From positions 1,248,001 through 1,312,000 of the forward strand of contig CAWHAE010000012.1 of NCBI GenBank assembly GCA_963827235.1: a stretch of 64,000 bases of DNA. The letters run 5' to 3'. The notes under the pieces are model-generated. The model made no database searches, was not told the origin of the DNA, and saw only the letters and a program-made list of their open reading frames with translations. Within the stretch, counting starts at the first letter, position 1. The number at the start of each line of letters is the position of its first letter. Shown here piece by piece: positions 10,219-19,422 of the stretch. The position numbers were made by a program, and so were the translations under genes. The DNA is from an uncultured bacterium (lineage in GTDB: Bacteria; Chloroflexota; UBA5177; JANWHV01).

Positions 10219-11214
10219 ATGATGGTTCGCCCGGGAGAGTCCGCCGGCCTTTCTTCGCCCGGTTCACAGCGCCTAACGCGCCCGCGGCGTCTGCCAAAGC
10301 AATGGTGGGTAGGTTACCTATTTATCCTCCCTGCTGTGGTGCTCTTCATGCTTGTCGGCGCCTACACCGTCTACAGGTCGCTCAGACTGGCATTCTCGAG
10401 CTGGGATGGATACTCGCCCACCATGACCTGGGTAGGCCTTGACAACTTCAAGCAGTTTCTGGGCGCCAATTCGGTCTTGACGGGCGAATTCGATCAGGCG
10501 TTCCTGCACAACCTGTTTCTCTGCCTGGTCGTCCCCGCGGCCTCCTGCCTGATTGGCCTCGCACTGGCCCTGCTCCTGAACCGGGCAGGAATCTTCATCT
10601 ACCTTCTCCGCACAGCCTACTTCTTGCCGGTGGTGTGCAGCGGTGTGGCGACACTCTACACCTGGCAGCTGCTGTACCAGCCAGGGGCAGGGGGGGTCAT
10701 CGGTAACCTGCTCACTGCGGTTGGGCTAGGCGCCCTGGTGCCCTACAACGGCTTTCTGGGAGATACTTCGACGGCGCTGCCGGCAGTGACCGTGGTGTTC
10801 ATCTGGAGCGCCGCCCCCTTGGCGATGCTGATCTACCTTGCCGGGCTGCAAACGATCTCGCCCGAGATCCTGGAGTGCGCCGAAATCGATGGGGCAAACG
10901 GATGGCAGCGCCTGTGGTTTATCATCTGGCCGATGCTGCTGCCGCTGACCGCGCTGCTGGTCATCATGTTCCTCAACACCTCAATCCAGGACTATCAGAC
11001 CGTGTTCCTCATGACGAACGGAAATCCCGCGAACGCGACGAACGTGGTGGGCCTCATCGTCTACAACTATGCCCAGAACATCGGGACCGCGGGTGGTGTG
11101 GGCGTAACCCAGTCGGGAGGCATGGGCCCCGGCGCCGCCATGGGCTGGTTCCTGGCGCTGCTGACGGCGATCGTGGCACTCATCCAATTGCGTGTGCTCC
11201 GCGCGCGGGACTGA
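10219..11214 (+). CDS. Sugar ABC permease (MalF/UgpA type)
   Basis: GYLFILPA, WVGLDNF, RTAYFLPVV and EAA loop LAGLQTISPEILECAEIDGA; multiple TM segments. Confidence 0.93.
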   Translation: MMVRPGESAGLSSPGSQRLTRPRRLPKQWWVGYLFILPAVVLFMLVGAYTVYRSLRLAFSSWDGYSPTMTWVGLDNFKQFLGANSVLTGEFDQAFLHNLFLCLVVPAASCLIGLALALLLNRAGIFIYLLRTAYFLPVVCSGVATLYTWQLLYQPGAGGVIGNLLTAVGLGALVPYNGFLGDTSTALPAVTVVFIWSAAPLAMLIYLAGLQTISPEILECAEIDGANGWQRLWFIIWPMLLPLTALLVIMFLNTSIQDYQTVFLMTNGNPANATNVVGLIVYNYAQNIGTAGGVGVTQSGGMGPGAAMGWFLALLTAIVALIQLRVLRARD

Positions 11215-11229
11215 AGGGGAGGCGTATCG

Positions 11230-12141
11230 ATGTCCACCGTTTCCAGGCGTTCGCGCTCGAGGATAGGCCGGGCCGGGCCACGCCAGCGGAGCGGACGCGT
11301 GCAGGCAAGCGTTTGGCGGCCGGGCTGGCACTGGCTCCTGGCGGTGCCTTTGCTCGTGTGGCTTGTGGTCTCGCTCCTCCCCTTCGTCTGGATGATCTCG
11401 ACCTCGCTGAAGAGTGCCAACGAGGCAGATACCAGCCTCTCGTTGTGGCCGCAGGATCCGGGCAAGGGCATCCAGGTGTTCGGGACCGTGTGGAACGACC
11501 TGCACTTCTTCCAGGAGAGCATCAACAGTCTGGTGATCGCCGCGGGCATCGTGGTGCTCACCTGGCTGGTGTACGGATTAGCCGGGTACGGGCTGGGCGT
11601 GCTGCGATTCCCCGGTCGCGACCAGGTTTTTCTGCTGTTTACGATGATGATCTTCGTGCCCGGCGTGACGATCTTGATTCCCTTGCTGGTGCTGCTGCGG
11701 AACCTGAACCTCGCTGGAACACCCTGGGGCATCATCTTGCCGATCGTGAATGGTGGGGGACCAATCGCCATCTTCTTGCTACGCAGCTATTTCCGCGGCA
11801 TCTCGCCGGAGATACGCGAGTCGGCGAAGATGGATGGGGCATCGGAGCTGCGTATCTGGGGCCAGATCTACATGCCTCTTGCACTCCCAGCACTGACATA
11901 CCTCGGTATTACCGGTTTCATGGCGGGGTTCAAGGAGCTGATCCTGCCGCTGCTCACCCTGACGAACGACAGCACGTACACCTTGACGCTCGGCGTGTAC
12001 TACCTGAACCAGACAGAGTTCGTGCAGTGGAACCTGGTCATGGCAGGGTCGCTGATACTGATCGTCCCTGTGCTGATCGTGTACTTGCTCTTCCAGCGCT
12101 ACTACATCCAGGGCTTGACGCTGGGAGCAGTCAGGGGTTAG
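11230..12141 (+). CDS. Sugar ABC permease (MalG/UgpE type)
   Basis: PFVWMISTSLK, INSL, RFPGR, EAA loop EIRESAKMDGA, FQRYYIQGLT.GAV.G. Confidence 0.93.
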   Translation: MSTVSRRSRSRIGRAGPRQRSGRVQASVWRPGWHWLLAVPLLVWLVVSLLPFVWMISTSLKSANEADTSLSLWPQDPGKGIQVFGTVWNDLHFFQESINSLVIAAGIVVLTWLVYGLAGYGLGVLRFPGRDQVFLLFTMMIFVPGVTILIPLLVLLRNLNLAGTPWGIILPIVNGGGPIAIFLLRSYFRGISPEIRESAKMDGASELRIWGQIYMPLALPALTYLGITGFMAGFKELILPLLTLTNDSTYTLTLGVYYLNQTEFVQWNLVMAGSLILIVPVLIVYLLFQRYYIQGLTLGAVRG

Positions 12142-12189
12142 TGGCCTGACGGGGATGAGTCAACACCATCGGAAAGTTGGTGGGCGACA

Positions 12190-14103
12190 GTGGAGATAAC
12201 GTTTTGCTGCGGGCTGCCCGATGACGATGCGCAGGCCAGAGAGTTGCTGGCGCTCTACGAGCGCATGGGTGCCACGAGCGTCCAATCGTACGTAGAGTGG
12301 AAGCGGATCGAACCGGAACACGGCAGATTCGACTGGAGCTTCTACGATCGAGAGGTCCGCCTTATCCAGGAGTTCGGGCTAAAGTGGGTGCCGTTCATCA
12401 TCCTCGGCCCCTGGTACATCACCCCGGCCTGGTTCCAGGAGTCACCGGACTCGCATTTCGCCAAGTGCCTCGAGCACCACGCCGAGAGCCACGTGCAATC
12501 GATCTGGAATCCGGCTCTGCCGGCACACGTCGAGCGCGTGATGAAGGCCTTCGCCGATCACTACCTGGGCACGCACGTCCTGGAGTCCGTGCTGCTGGGA
12601 ATCTCCGGTGACTACGGCGAAGCGATCTACCAGGCCGTGGGCAACTGGCCGCTCGACTACCACACCCACTGCGGCTACTGGTGCGGCGACGACTATGCGG
12701 TAGCAGATTACCGGAAGTGGCTTCAGAATCGCTTCGGCACGCTCGACGAGCTGAACCGTCGCTGGTCCAGCGCCTACGACGGCTGGACTATGATGCCCTT
12801 TACACGGGAGCAGGCGCCCTCGCGCCGTGCCTGGCTCGACCAGATGCACTGGTATCGGGACACGATGACTGCCTGGGCCGGCCGCTGGATGGACATAGCA
12901 CAGGCCAGCTTCCCCGGCGTGGAGCTGTACCTCTGCACGGGAGGCGACGGCACGCCGGCACACGGCTCCGACTTCAGCGCGCAATGCAAGCTCGCGGCGG
13001 CGCGCGGCGCGGGCGTGCGCATCACCAATGAGGGCAGCGACTATCTCTTCAACTTCATCATCACGCGGCTGGTCGCATCCGCCTCGCGCCACTACGGGGC
13101 CTTCTTCGGCTTCGAGCCCGCCTCGACGGTGGACGAGCGCGGGACAGTGGCCAGAATCTACAACGCCGTGGCCTCAGGAGCGCGGCAGCTGCACGAGTAT
13201 GCCTTCAACTTCTACGACCCTGAGAAGCGCCAGGCCAGGCAGACGGTGCTCGACCGCTATCAGGCTCACGCGGAGTACCTCAAAGACGGCAAGCCGCGGG
13301 TCGACGTGGCAGTCTTTCTGCCGCTCAGCGACTTCACCTGCCACGAGGTGGGCTTCAGCTCTCGTCTGATCGCGGGCGCGCGATGGCTTCGCGACATCGT
13401 CGATTTCGACTTCGTCGACGAGCACATGATCGTCGACGGCGCCCTAGACCACGTCCGCTACCTGATCGTGCTCGACGGAGAGATCGCCGATGCGAGCGCG
13501 CTGGAGGCGCTGGAGAGCTGGGTGCAGCGCGGCGGCGTGCTGGTGAGCTGGCGCATGTTTAAGACGGTCGAAGGCGACGACGCCGTGTGCCGTCGCGTGT
13601 TCGGCCTGACGGAGCAGGGCGAGGAGCTGACCGGCATTCAGGATCTGCGCATGGTGGAGCCTGCATTCCTCGAGCACTTCTCTGCCGTGCCACACCCGGT
13701 GACAGCGCACAGCTACCGCGGTTTGGCGCCGACCGCCCGGCCGCTGGCGGTGCTGCAAAAGGATGCCACGGCGGCGGTCTGGCTCAACCGGCACGGCGAC
13801 GGCTGCGGCGTCTTCTTCGCCGGCCCGGTGGAACAGGACACCGATCTCTCGTTCACCTGGATGGGCGAACAGCACATGTACTTGCATCTCATTCGCGACT
13901 GCCTGTTCAACCTCTCTCGCGTCTGCGAGGGATGGCAGGACCTGGCCCGCCACGACGACACGCTGGACCAGGTATATGTGACGGACCTGGGTGACCGGCT
14001 GCTCTATCTCAACTATTCGGAGCAACCTGCCGAGAAAGCGACGCCCTGGGGAACTCCAGGTATACCGCCCTTCAGCATCCGATCGATGGAGAAGACCCGC
14101 TGA
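12190..14103 (+). CDS. GH42/GH14-like glycoside hydrolase with trimerisation (GATase1-like) domain
   Basis: W.RIEPE.G.FDW..YD, YRKWL..RFGTL.ELNRRW, GISGDYGE, ITNE and GFE motifs, C-terminal W.QRGG.LV; specificity unknown. Confidence 0.72.
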   Translation: MEITFCCGLPDDDAQARELLALYERMGATSVQSYVEWKRIEPEHGRFDWSFYDREVRLIQEFGLKWVPFIILGPWYITPAWFQESPDSHFAKCLEHHAESHVQSIWNPALPAHVERVMKAFADHYLGTHVLESVLLGISGDYGEAIYQAVGNWPLDYHTHCGYWCGDDYAVADYRKWLQNRFGTLDELNRRWSSAYDGWTMMPFTREQAPSRRAWLDQMHWYRDTMTAWAGRWMDIAQASFPGVELYLCTGGDGTPAHGSDFSAQCKLAAARGAGVRITNEGSDYLFNFIITRLVASASRHYGAFFGFEPASTVDERGTVARIYNAVASGARQLHEYAFNFYDPEKRQARQTVLDRYQAHAEYLKDGKPRVDVAVFLPLSDFTCHEVGFSSRLIAGARWLRDIVDFDFVDEHMIVDGALDHVRYLIVLDGEIADASALEALESWVQRGGVLVSWRMFKTVEGDDAVCRRVFGLTEQGEELTGIQDLRMVEPAFLEHFSAVPHPVTAHSYRGLAPTARPLAVLQKDATAAVWLNRHGDGCGVFFAGPVEQDTDLSFTWMGEQHMYLHLIRDCLFNLSRVCEGWQDLARHDDTLDQVYVTDLGDRLLYLNYSEQPAEKATPWGTPGIPPFSIRSMEKTR

Positions 14104-14147
14104 GCATGGTGCCGAGAGCGCGCCCGGTGCTTCTGCCGATCCGCGCA

Positions 14148-14193
14148 GGGCCGCATCCATCCGCCCCTGGCCGCGGACGGATGGATGCGGCCC
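14148..14193 (+). terminator. GC-rich hairpin between the GH gene and the second uxuA
   Basis: GGGCCGCATCCATCCG / CGGATGGATGCGGCCC, perfect 16-bp stem; no U-tract. Confidence 0.5.
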
Positions 14194-14294
14194 AACCTTA
14201 CCGCGTATACGAGGCGCCTTGCTGATACCCTGCCGATAGTTGCCGGCATATGCAGGATTGCGTCCGGGCGTCTATTGGCCTTTGGAGGTTGGAC

Positions 14295-15248
14295 ATGCGC
14301 GTAGCAATAGGTCAGTTCAACGAGCTGAGCGAGGAGCGGCTGCGCTTCGCCGTTCAGCTCGGGGCATCCGGCGTAGTACTCAACACGCCGCTCCTGCCGG
14401 GGGCACAGCATTGGGAGTACGAGGACTTGCTCTGGCTGCGCACGCGGTGCGACCGGCACGGTCTGCGGCTGGAGGCACTGGAGAACGTACCGGTCGCATT
14501 CTACGACAAGGCCATGCTCGGGCTCCCGGGCCGCGACGAGCAAATCGAGCACTACCAGACGACGATCAGGAACATCGGCCGGGCCGGCATCACGCACCTC
14601 GGCTACCACTGGATGCCCAACGGCGTGTGGCGCACGTCGTCCGCCACGCCCGGCAGGGGCGGTGCTCTGGTCTCGTCGTTCGACGTCTCGCTGGCCGACG
14701 CCGAGAAGCTCACCCACGGCCGCGTCTTCGGCGAAGACGAGATGTGGGATAACTACCGCTACTTCATCCAGGCGGTCCTGCCCGTCGCCGAGCAGGCAGG
14801 CGTCACGCTGGCGCTGCATCCCGACGATCCGCCTGTGCCCTCACTCGGCGGCGTGGCCCGTCTCTTCCGCAGCTTCGCCGGCTTCGCCCGCGCCATGGAG
14901 ATGGCGCCGAGTCGCCACCACGGGCTGGACTTCTGCATGGGTAGCTGGTCCGAGATGGGTCCCGGCGTGATCGACGCCATCCACCATTTCGCCGGCCGCG
15001 GCCAGATTGCCTACGTCCATTTCCGCGACGTGCAGGGTGCGGTGCCCTGCTTCCAGGAATGCTTCCTGGGCGAAGGCAACGTCGACGTGACCGAGGCGAT
15101 TCGCGCCTTGCGCGACGGCGGCTTCGACGGATTCATCATCGACGACCACGTGCCGCACCTGGTCGACGACAGCGAGTGGGGGCATCGCGGCAGAGCGTTT
15201 CAGACCGGCTACATCATGGGCCTGGTGAAGGCACTCGTGCCTGCCTGA
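14295..15248 (+). CDS. uxuA: Mannonate dehydratase, second paralog
   Basis: GYHWM, LALHPDDPP, FCMGSW, HFRDVQG, ECF..EG and IDDHVP motifs; GGAGG RBS before ATG 14295. Confidence 0.88.
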   Translation: MRVAIGQFNELSEERLRFAVQLGASGVVLNTPLLPGAQHWEYEDLLWLRTRCDRHGLRLEALENVPVAFYDKAMLGLPGRDEQIEHYQTTIRNIGRAGITHLGYHWMPNGVWRTSSATPGRGGALVSSFDVSLADAEKLTHGRVFGEDEMWDNYRYFIQAVLPVAEQAGVTLALHPDDPPVPSLGGVARLFRSFAGFARAMEMAPSRHHGLDFCMGSWSEMGPGVIDAIHHFAGRGQIAYVHFRDVQGAVPCFQECFLGEGNVDVTEAIRALRDGGFDGFIIDDHVPHLVDDSEWGHRGRAFQTGYIMGLVKALVPA

Positions 15249-15269
15249 GAACGGCGGCCCGGCGAAGCA

Positions 15270-17256
15270 CTACTCGACAGCGCCATCGCGGAACACCCGG
15301 CGGAGCGCCAGGGCGGCCGGTTTCGGCCGCCCTTCGAAATCGACCACCGCCGTGTTGGCCGCGCAGGGAAAACTGTCGTGACCCATCCAGACGATGAACC
15401 CACCGCAGCGCGGAAAGCGATTCTTGCAGGCGCGGGCAGCACGCTGCAGTGCCCGCGCCTGCCGCTCCTGGCTCCACGACACGTATTCCTCCAGGTCGCG
15501 CGGTTCTCGTCCGACCTCCTGCACGAAGAGCGGCCATTCAATCCACCATGCCGTGCGATTCCAGAACGGGTTCCGCGCGGTGCCCGGCACGGCGGCGCAC
15601 TCGCCGCGGTAGCGATGGATCGAGATCGACCCCGCTTGCACCGGGCGCCCCCGTCTCGGAGCGAAACAGCGCGTCATCGCCCTGCCAGTAGCGGTCCCAT
15701 TCGTCGTGCAGCGAGCCCTCCGGCTTCCACGGCCCATGGATGTCCCAGTGCAGCCCTTTGCCGAACTCCGCCTCGGCGGCGCCGAAACGAGGGCCGCTGG
15801 AGGAGGTTGGCAGGAACCGCCGTTCCGGGTCGTCCTCCGCGACGACGCTCGCGAGGTGCGCAATCAGCGGGTGGCCCACACCGACCGGTCTGCCCGCGGC
15901 GTCTTGCAGCTCGTTGCCGCCGCACCACAGGGCGAGCGACACGTGGTGACGGCGCCGCGAGACGTAGGAACGAGCGATCTGGACAAGCTCGGCCAGGCTG
16001 GCTTCGTCGTCCGGCGGCCAGTTGTCCACCCCGGATGACGAGAGCGGAAATTCCTGCCAGACCAGCAGGCCCAGCTCGTCGCACAGGTTGTAGAACACCT
16101 CCTTCTCCAGGAAGGCACCGCCCCACACTCGGAGCAGGTTGCAGCCCATGTCGCGATAGAGCGTGAGGCGCTCCCGGTACTGCTCCTCGGTGACGTCGGC
16201 AAAGTTGGGACGGATCGGCGTCCAGTTGACGCCCTGCAAGAAGATAGGCTTGCCGTTGAGCACGCAGAGCCAGGGATCTGCGGCTTCCGGCGCCCCAGCG
16301 CAGGCAGTCCAGCGCAGATCCTTGAAGCCGATCCGGCGCTCGACGACATCGTGCGCGGCGCCGCTCGCGTCGAGCAACGTGCAGGTCAGGGTGTAGAGCG
16401 GTTGCGTCCCGTGGCCGTTCGTCCACCATGCCGATACCGGCAGACGTTCCCAAACCATGCCGGCGGCCAGGGCAGCGGCGCTCACCTCTTCCTCGCGCAC
16501 CGCACCGCCGTCCCCTACCAGTGCCAGGCGTACGCGATAGTCGGCCGGCGTGCAGTCGAAGCCCGCTTTTATGTAAAGACTACCGCTGCTATCGGCCGAG
16601 CCGGCGCGTGCCACGCTCTGCAGGTCGCTGAATGCCGGTCCGCCGCACACCTCGAGCAGGAGGTCGTCCCACACGCCTATCTGCACCAGCCGGGGCGTCC
16701 AGTCCCACGTGTAGTTGAAACGCGGCTTCCATTCGCGCATACGCGAGGTGGCGCCGAACTGCCCGAGCCAGCGAGGCGGGCAATCGAAGACGATCTGCAG
16801 GGTGTTGCTTTGCGCGGGCACGCGTTCGCTCGCAGCAGAACTCTCCCCGGCGCCCTTCGCCGCCGTGCGAAGATGGGGCGTGAGGTCCACGTTCTGCGGA
16901 CGGAACGATCCCCTGAAGGCGGCGATTTCGACGCCGTTCAGCAGCACCCAGCCGCTGTAGTCCAGACCGAGACATTGCAGGCGGATGGTGCGGCCGGGCT
17001 CGATCCACTCGTCGGGCAGCCGTGTCTCATAGATCCAGTGACGGTTCTCAACCCATTCGCAGTCCCGGCTGTTCAGTCCCACGTTCCAGTCCGGCAGCAG
17101 GCCCGCGTTCCGCAGTGCGAGCTGAACCGATCCGGGCACCGCGGCGGAGGCCACGCGTAGCTCGGCGTGTTCCGGATCCTTGTCCAACTGCCACATGTAC
17201 GGCGTCCAGCCGCTGAGCGACCAGCGGAGCGACGAAAGATCGAACGTTCTCTTCAT
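15270..17256 (-). pseudogene. GH2 beta-mannosidase-like enzyme with a single frameshift near 15620
   Basis: VPGSV, CLGLDY, WDWTPR, NGKPIFLQGVNW.P, RVWGG, CDELGLLVWQEF, WCGGNE, SETG. The C-terminus (WSQ..QA.AL, GFIVWMGHD, VDFEGRPKPA) is in another frame. Confidence 0.85.
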
Positions 17257-17571
17257 TTGTGCCCTCACAAGAGATCGTGACAGGCTGCGCCACCGGGCGC
17301 ATGTGACGCCGCCCACTCCATCGTCTCTGTGCGGCGTGGAACCCGGAGCCCGTATCGGGAGCTGTCGAGCGCACACCGACAATCGCCGGTGCCGCGGGAG
17401 ATGGTCGTGACGGCCGCCCGGACCTGATGCATCATACCTCCGGCTCACCTCATTGCCGCAATCGCTCCGCTTGCTGCTCGAGATCGAGGGCTCCTGACGG
17501 TGCGCAAACGTGCGCCCACGCGCAGATAACCGGGTTCTCTCCGCTGCGGAGTGCAATGCGAAAGAGCTCGC

Positions 17572-17966
17572 TTGTCAGCGTCACGAGACGTGCTCCGGCG
17601 AGCAGCGCCAGCACCGCCGCTTGTTCGCGCTCGCGCCCCACGAGGCCGGAGAGCGCGGCCGGCAGGTTGTGCCGTGGCGTCAGCAGCGAGCGCCGCGAAG
17701 CCGGCCGGTGTTGACGTCGTGGCCCCGGCCGGCGCTGAGGGCTCGGGCACGCTCTCCGGTCGGGCTGCCGCCAGCAGCGCCAACCGCTGGTCGGTAGACA
17801 GGGCCATGGCCTCCGCCAGCAGTCGGACCTATTCCATATGTGGCCTGCGATTGACCCCTCGCTCGAGCGCGCTGACCGCCCGTTCGGAGAGCCCGGCCGC
17901 CAGACGCAGCCGGCGCAAAAGCGCGGCGAAAGGGCCACGATCCCGAACCCTGGGCGTGTCGGACAC
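17572..17966 (-). pseudogene. Remnant of an XRE-HTH/NB-ARC (STAND) regulator
   Basis: GGAGG+GTG 17966; FAALLRRLRLAAGLSERAVSALERG..RPHME*VRLLAEA; frameshift near 17700 into HNLPAALSGLVGRERE...RLVTLT; truncated just before Walker A. Confidence 0.8.
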
Positions 17967-18140
17967 GAGCGCTGTCCTCCGGGTTCGATAGTAGCCGATC
18001 CTGTGGGTATCGTATGGCCACTCTGCGTGGTGCCGGGCACAGGCGGGAGGCTCTTGGTGCCTGATGTCCTGACCGCGGCTTGATGTGCCCTCCGGCCCGG
18101 GCTCGTGGCCCTGAGGGTCGCCAACCTGGAGACCAGCGGA

Positions 18141-18178
18141 GAAAGGGTGTGCTGCGCGCGTGCGCAGCACACCCTTTC
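18141..18178. terminator. Perfect hairpin, probable bidirectional terminator
   Basis: GAAAGGGTGTGCTGCGC-gcgt-GCGCAGCACACCCTTTC, 17-bp stem. Confidence 0.6.
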
Positions 18179-18379
18179 CTTGCCAGAGGCGTCGTATTGG
18201 TCATGGCGTGGCCGTGTGCCCGGACGTGTAGGCGGGCAGAGGGTGCGTAGCAATGTTGCCCGCCGGCGCGAGTCTCCCGCATCCGCCTTTCAGGATGCAC
18301 CGCGGAGCCGGCGCGACCGGACCAGCAGCAGCTGCCAGACGTTGGGACGTCGTCGTGAATGCGCCGATCATCATTGCGG

Positions 18380-18733
18380 CTACGGTTGCCCCGAATCATA
18401 GACTAGCTCTGGCATCGGCGGCAGACCTTGACTGCGGTCCATCCCGAACACGTGCTCCAGTTGGGAGAAGATCCAGGGACCATAGTCGGCGTCAGCCGCA
18501 TTCGCCGTCATGACGCGCTGCAGAGCGGTCGCAGGCTCCTCGCTCTCGAACACGGCCACATACAGGTAGCTTCCGTCGCCCAGGGCCTGGAGGTACCCGC
18601 GCTCAAGCACGTCTGCCTGGCGGTGTACCTCTGCCGTCTGCGCCCGGCGCGCTCCGTTCAGGCCAGCGAGCAACAGACGCAGCGCCTCGACTTTCTCCCG
18701 CTTCACCGGCAATGCCATGACGCTCAGATCCAT
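18380..18733 (-). CDS. Small hypothetical protein, probable dimeric alpha/beta-barrel fold
   Basis: GGAGGAG RBS; pattern ALPV..EKVE...ER.YLQ...LYVAVFE.E and C-terminal PELVYD. Confidence 0.7.
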   Translation of the reverse strand: MDLSVMALPVKREKVEALRLLLAGLNGARRAQTAEVHRQADVLERGYLQALGDGSYLYVAVFESEEPATALQRVMTANAADADYGPWIFSQLEHVFGMDRSQGLPPMPELVYDSGQP

Positions 18734-19422
18734 CGACCGACTCTCCTCCAGCTAGCAACAACGACGTGACTACCTGTACTACGCGGCTGCGGCACCCACG
18801 GATCATGTGTTCTGGCATCCGTAGTGAGCCTTGCGCCCGATGATCGCGCGGCTCCGTAGACTGGGATGCTTGCGATTGGGCGATCCGCGCGTGCCAAGAC
18901 CACGGTGTTTTTGGCAGAGAGACGTTGCACCGGAGATGGAGCGACCGACCAGGAAACGATCTTTGGCCGGCAGCAGACTCCCCGTTGGAACCTTCGCCGC
19001 AGCCACAGGGCACGTGATCGCCCGTCAGTGCAATGTGCTTCTGCCCAAAACACACAGCCCGACGGCGGCACCTCGAATGCATGAAGATACAGATACTGAC
19101 GCCCGTCGGTTGCCTGACCACCTGGCCTGCCGGGCGGTAGCAACCAACGCGGTACCGGCCCGGGCAAGTCACCCGCCATTCACCTGCCTGGAGGCCACCC
19201 GCGCGGGCCTTGGCCGTGTCCCCGCAGGACGTGATCATCGCCAATGGCATGCGCCGCCTACAGAGCGGTGACACGATTGACATCGCATCAGTGGGCGCAT
19301 AGTATTGCCGCGAGCCTTTCGTATCCGCATGGCGGCTGGTGCGAACGTGCGAATGGATCTCGGGGCGCAGGCTGACGCCTGGGATGGCGCCACACGTGCC
19401 GATTGCTGTCCGAATCCGGGAA

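Noticed and set aside
15600-15640. Programmed ribosomal frameshift in GH2
   Set aside because: No slippery heptamer or homopolymer; mutation or sequencing error is simpler.
18724-19179. 151-aa minus-strand ORF with a possible RBS
   Set aside because: Atypical composition and no motifs; could be decayed sequence.
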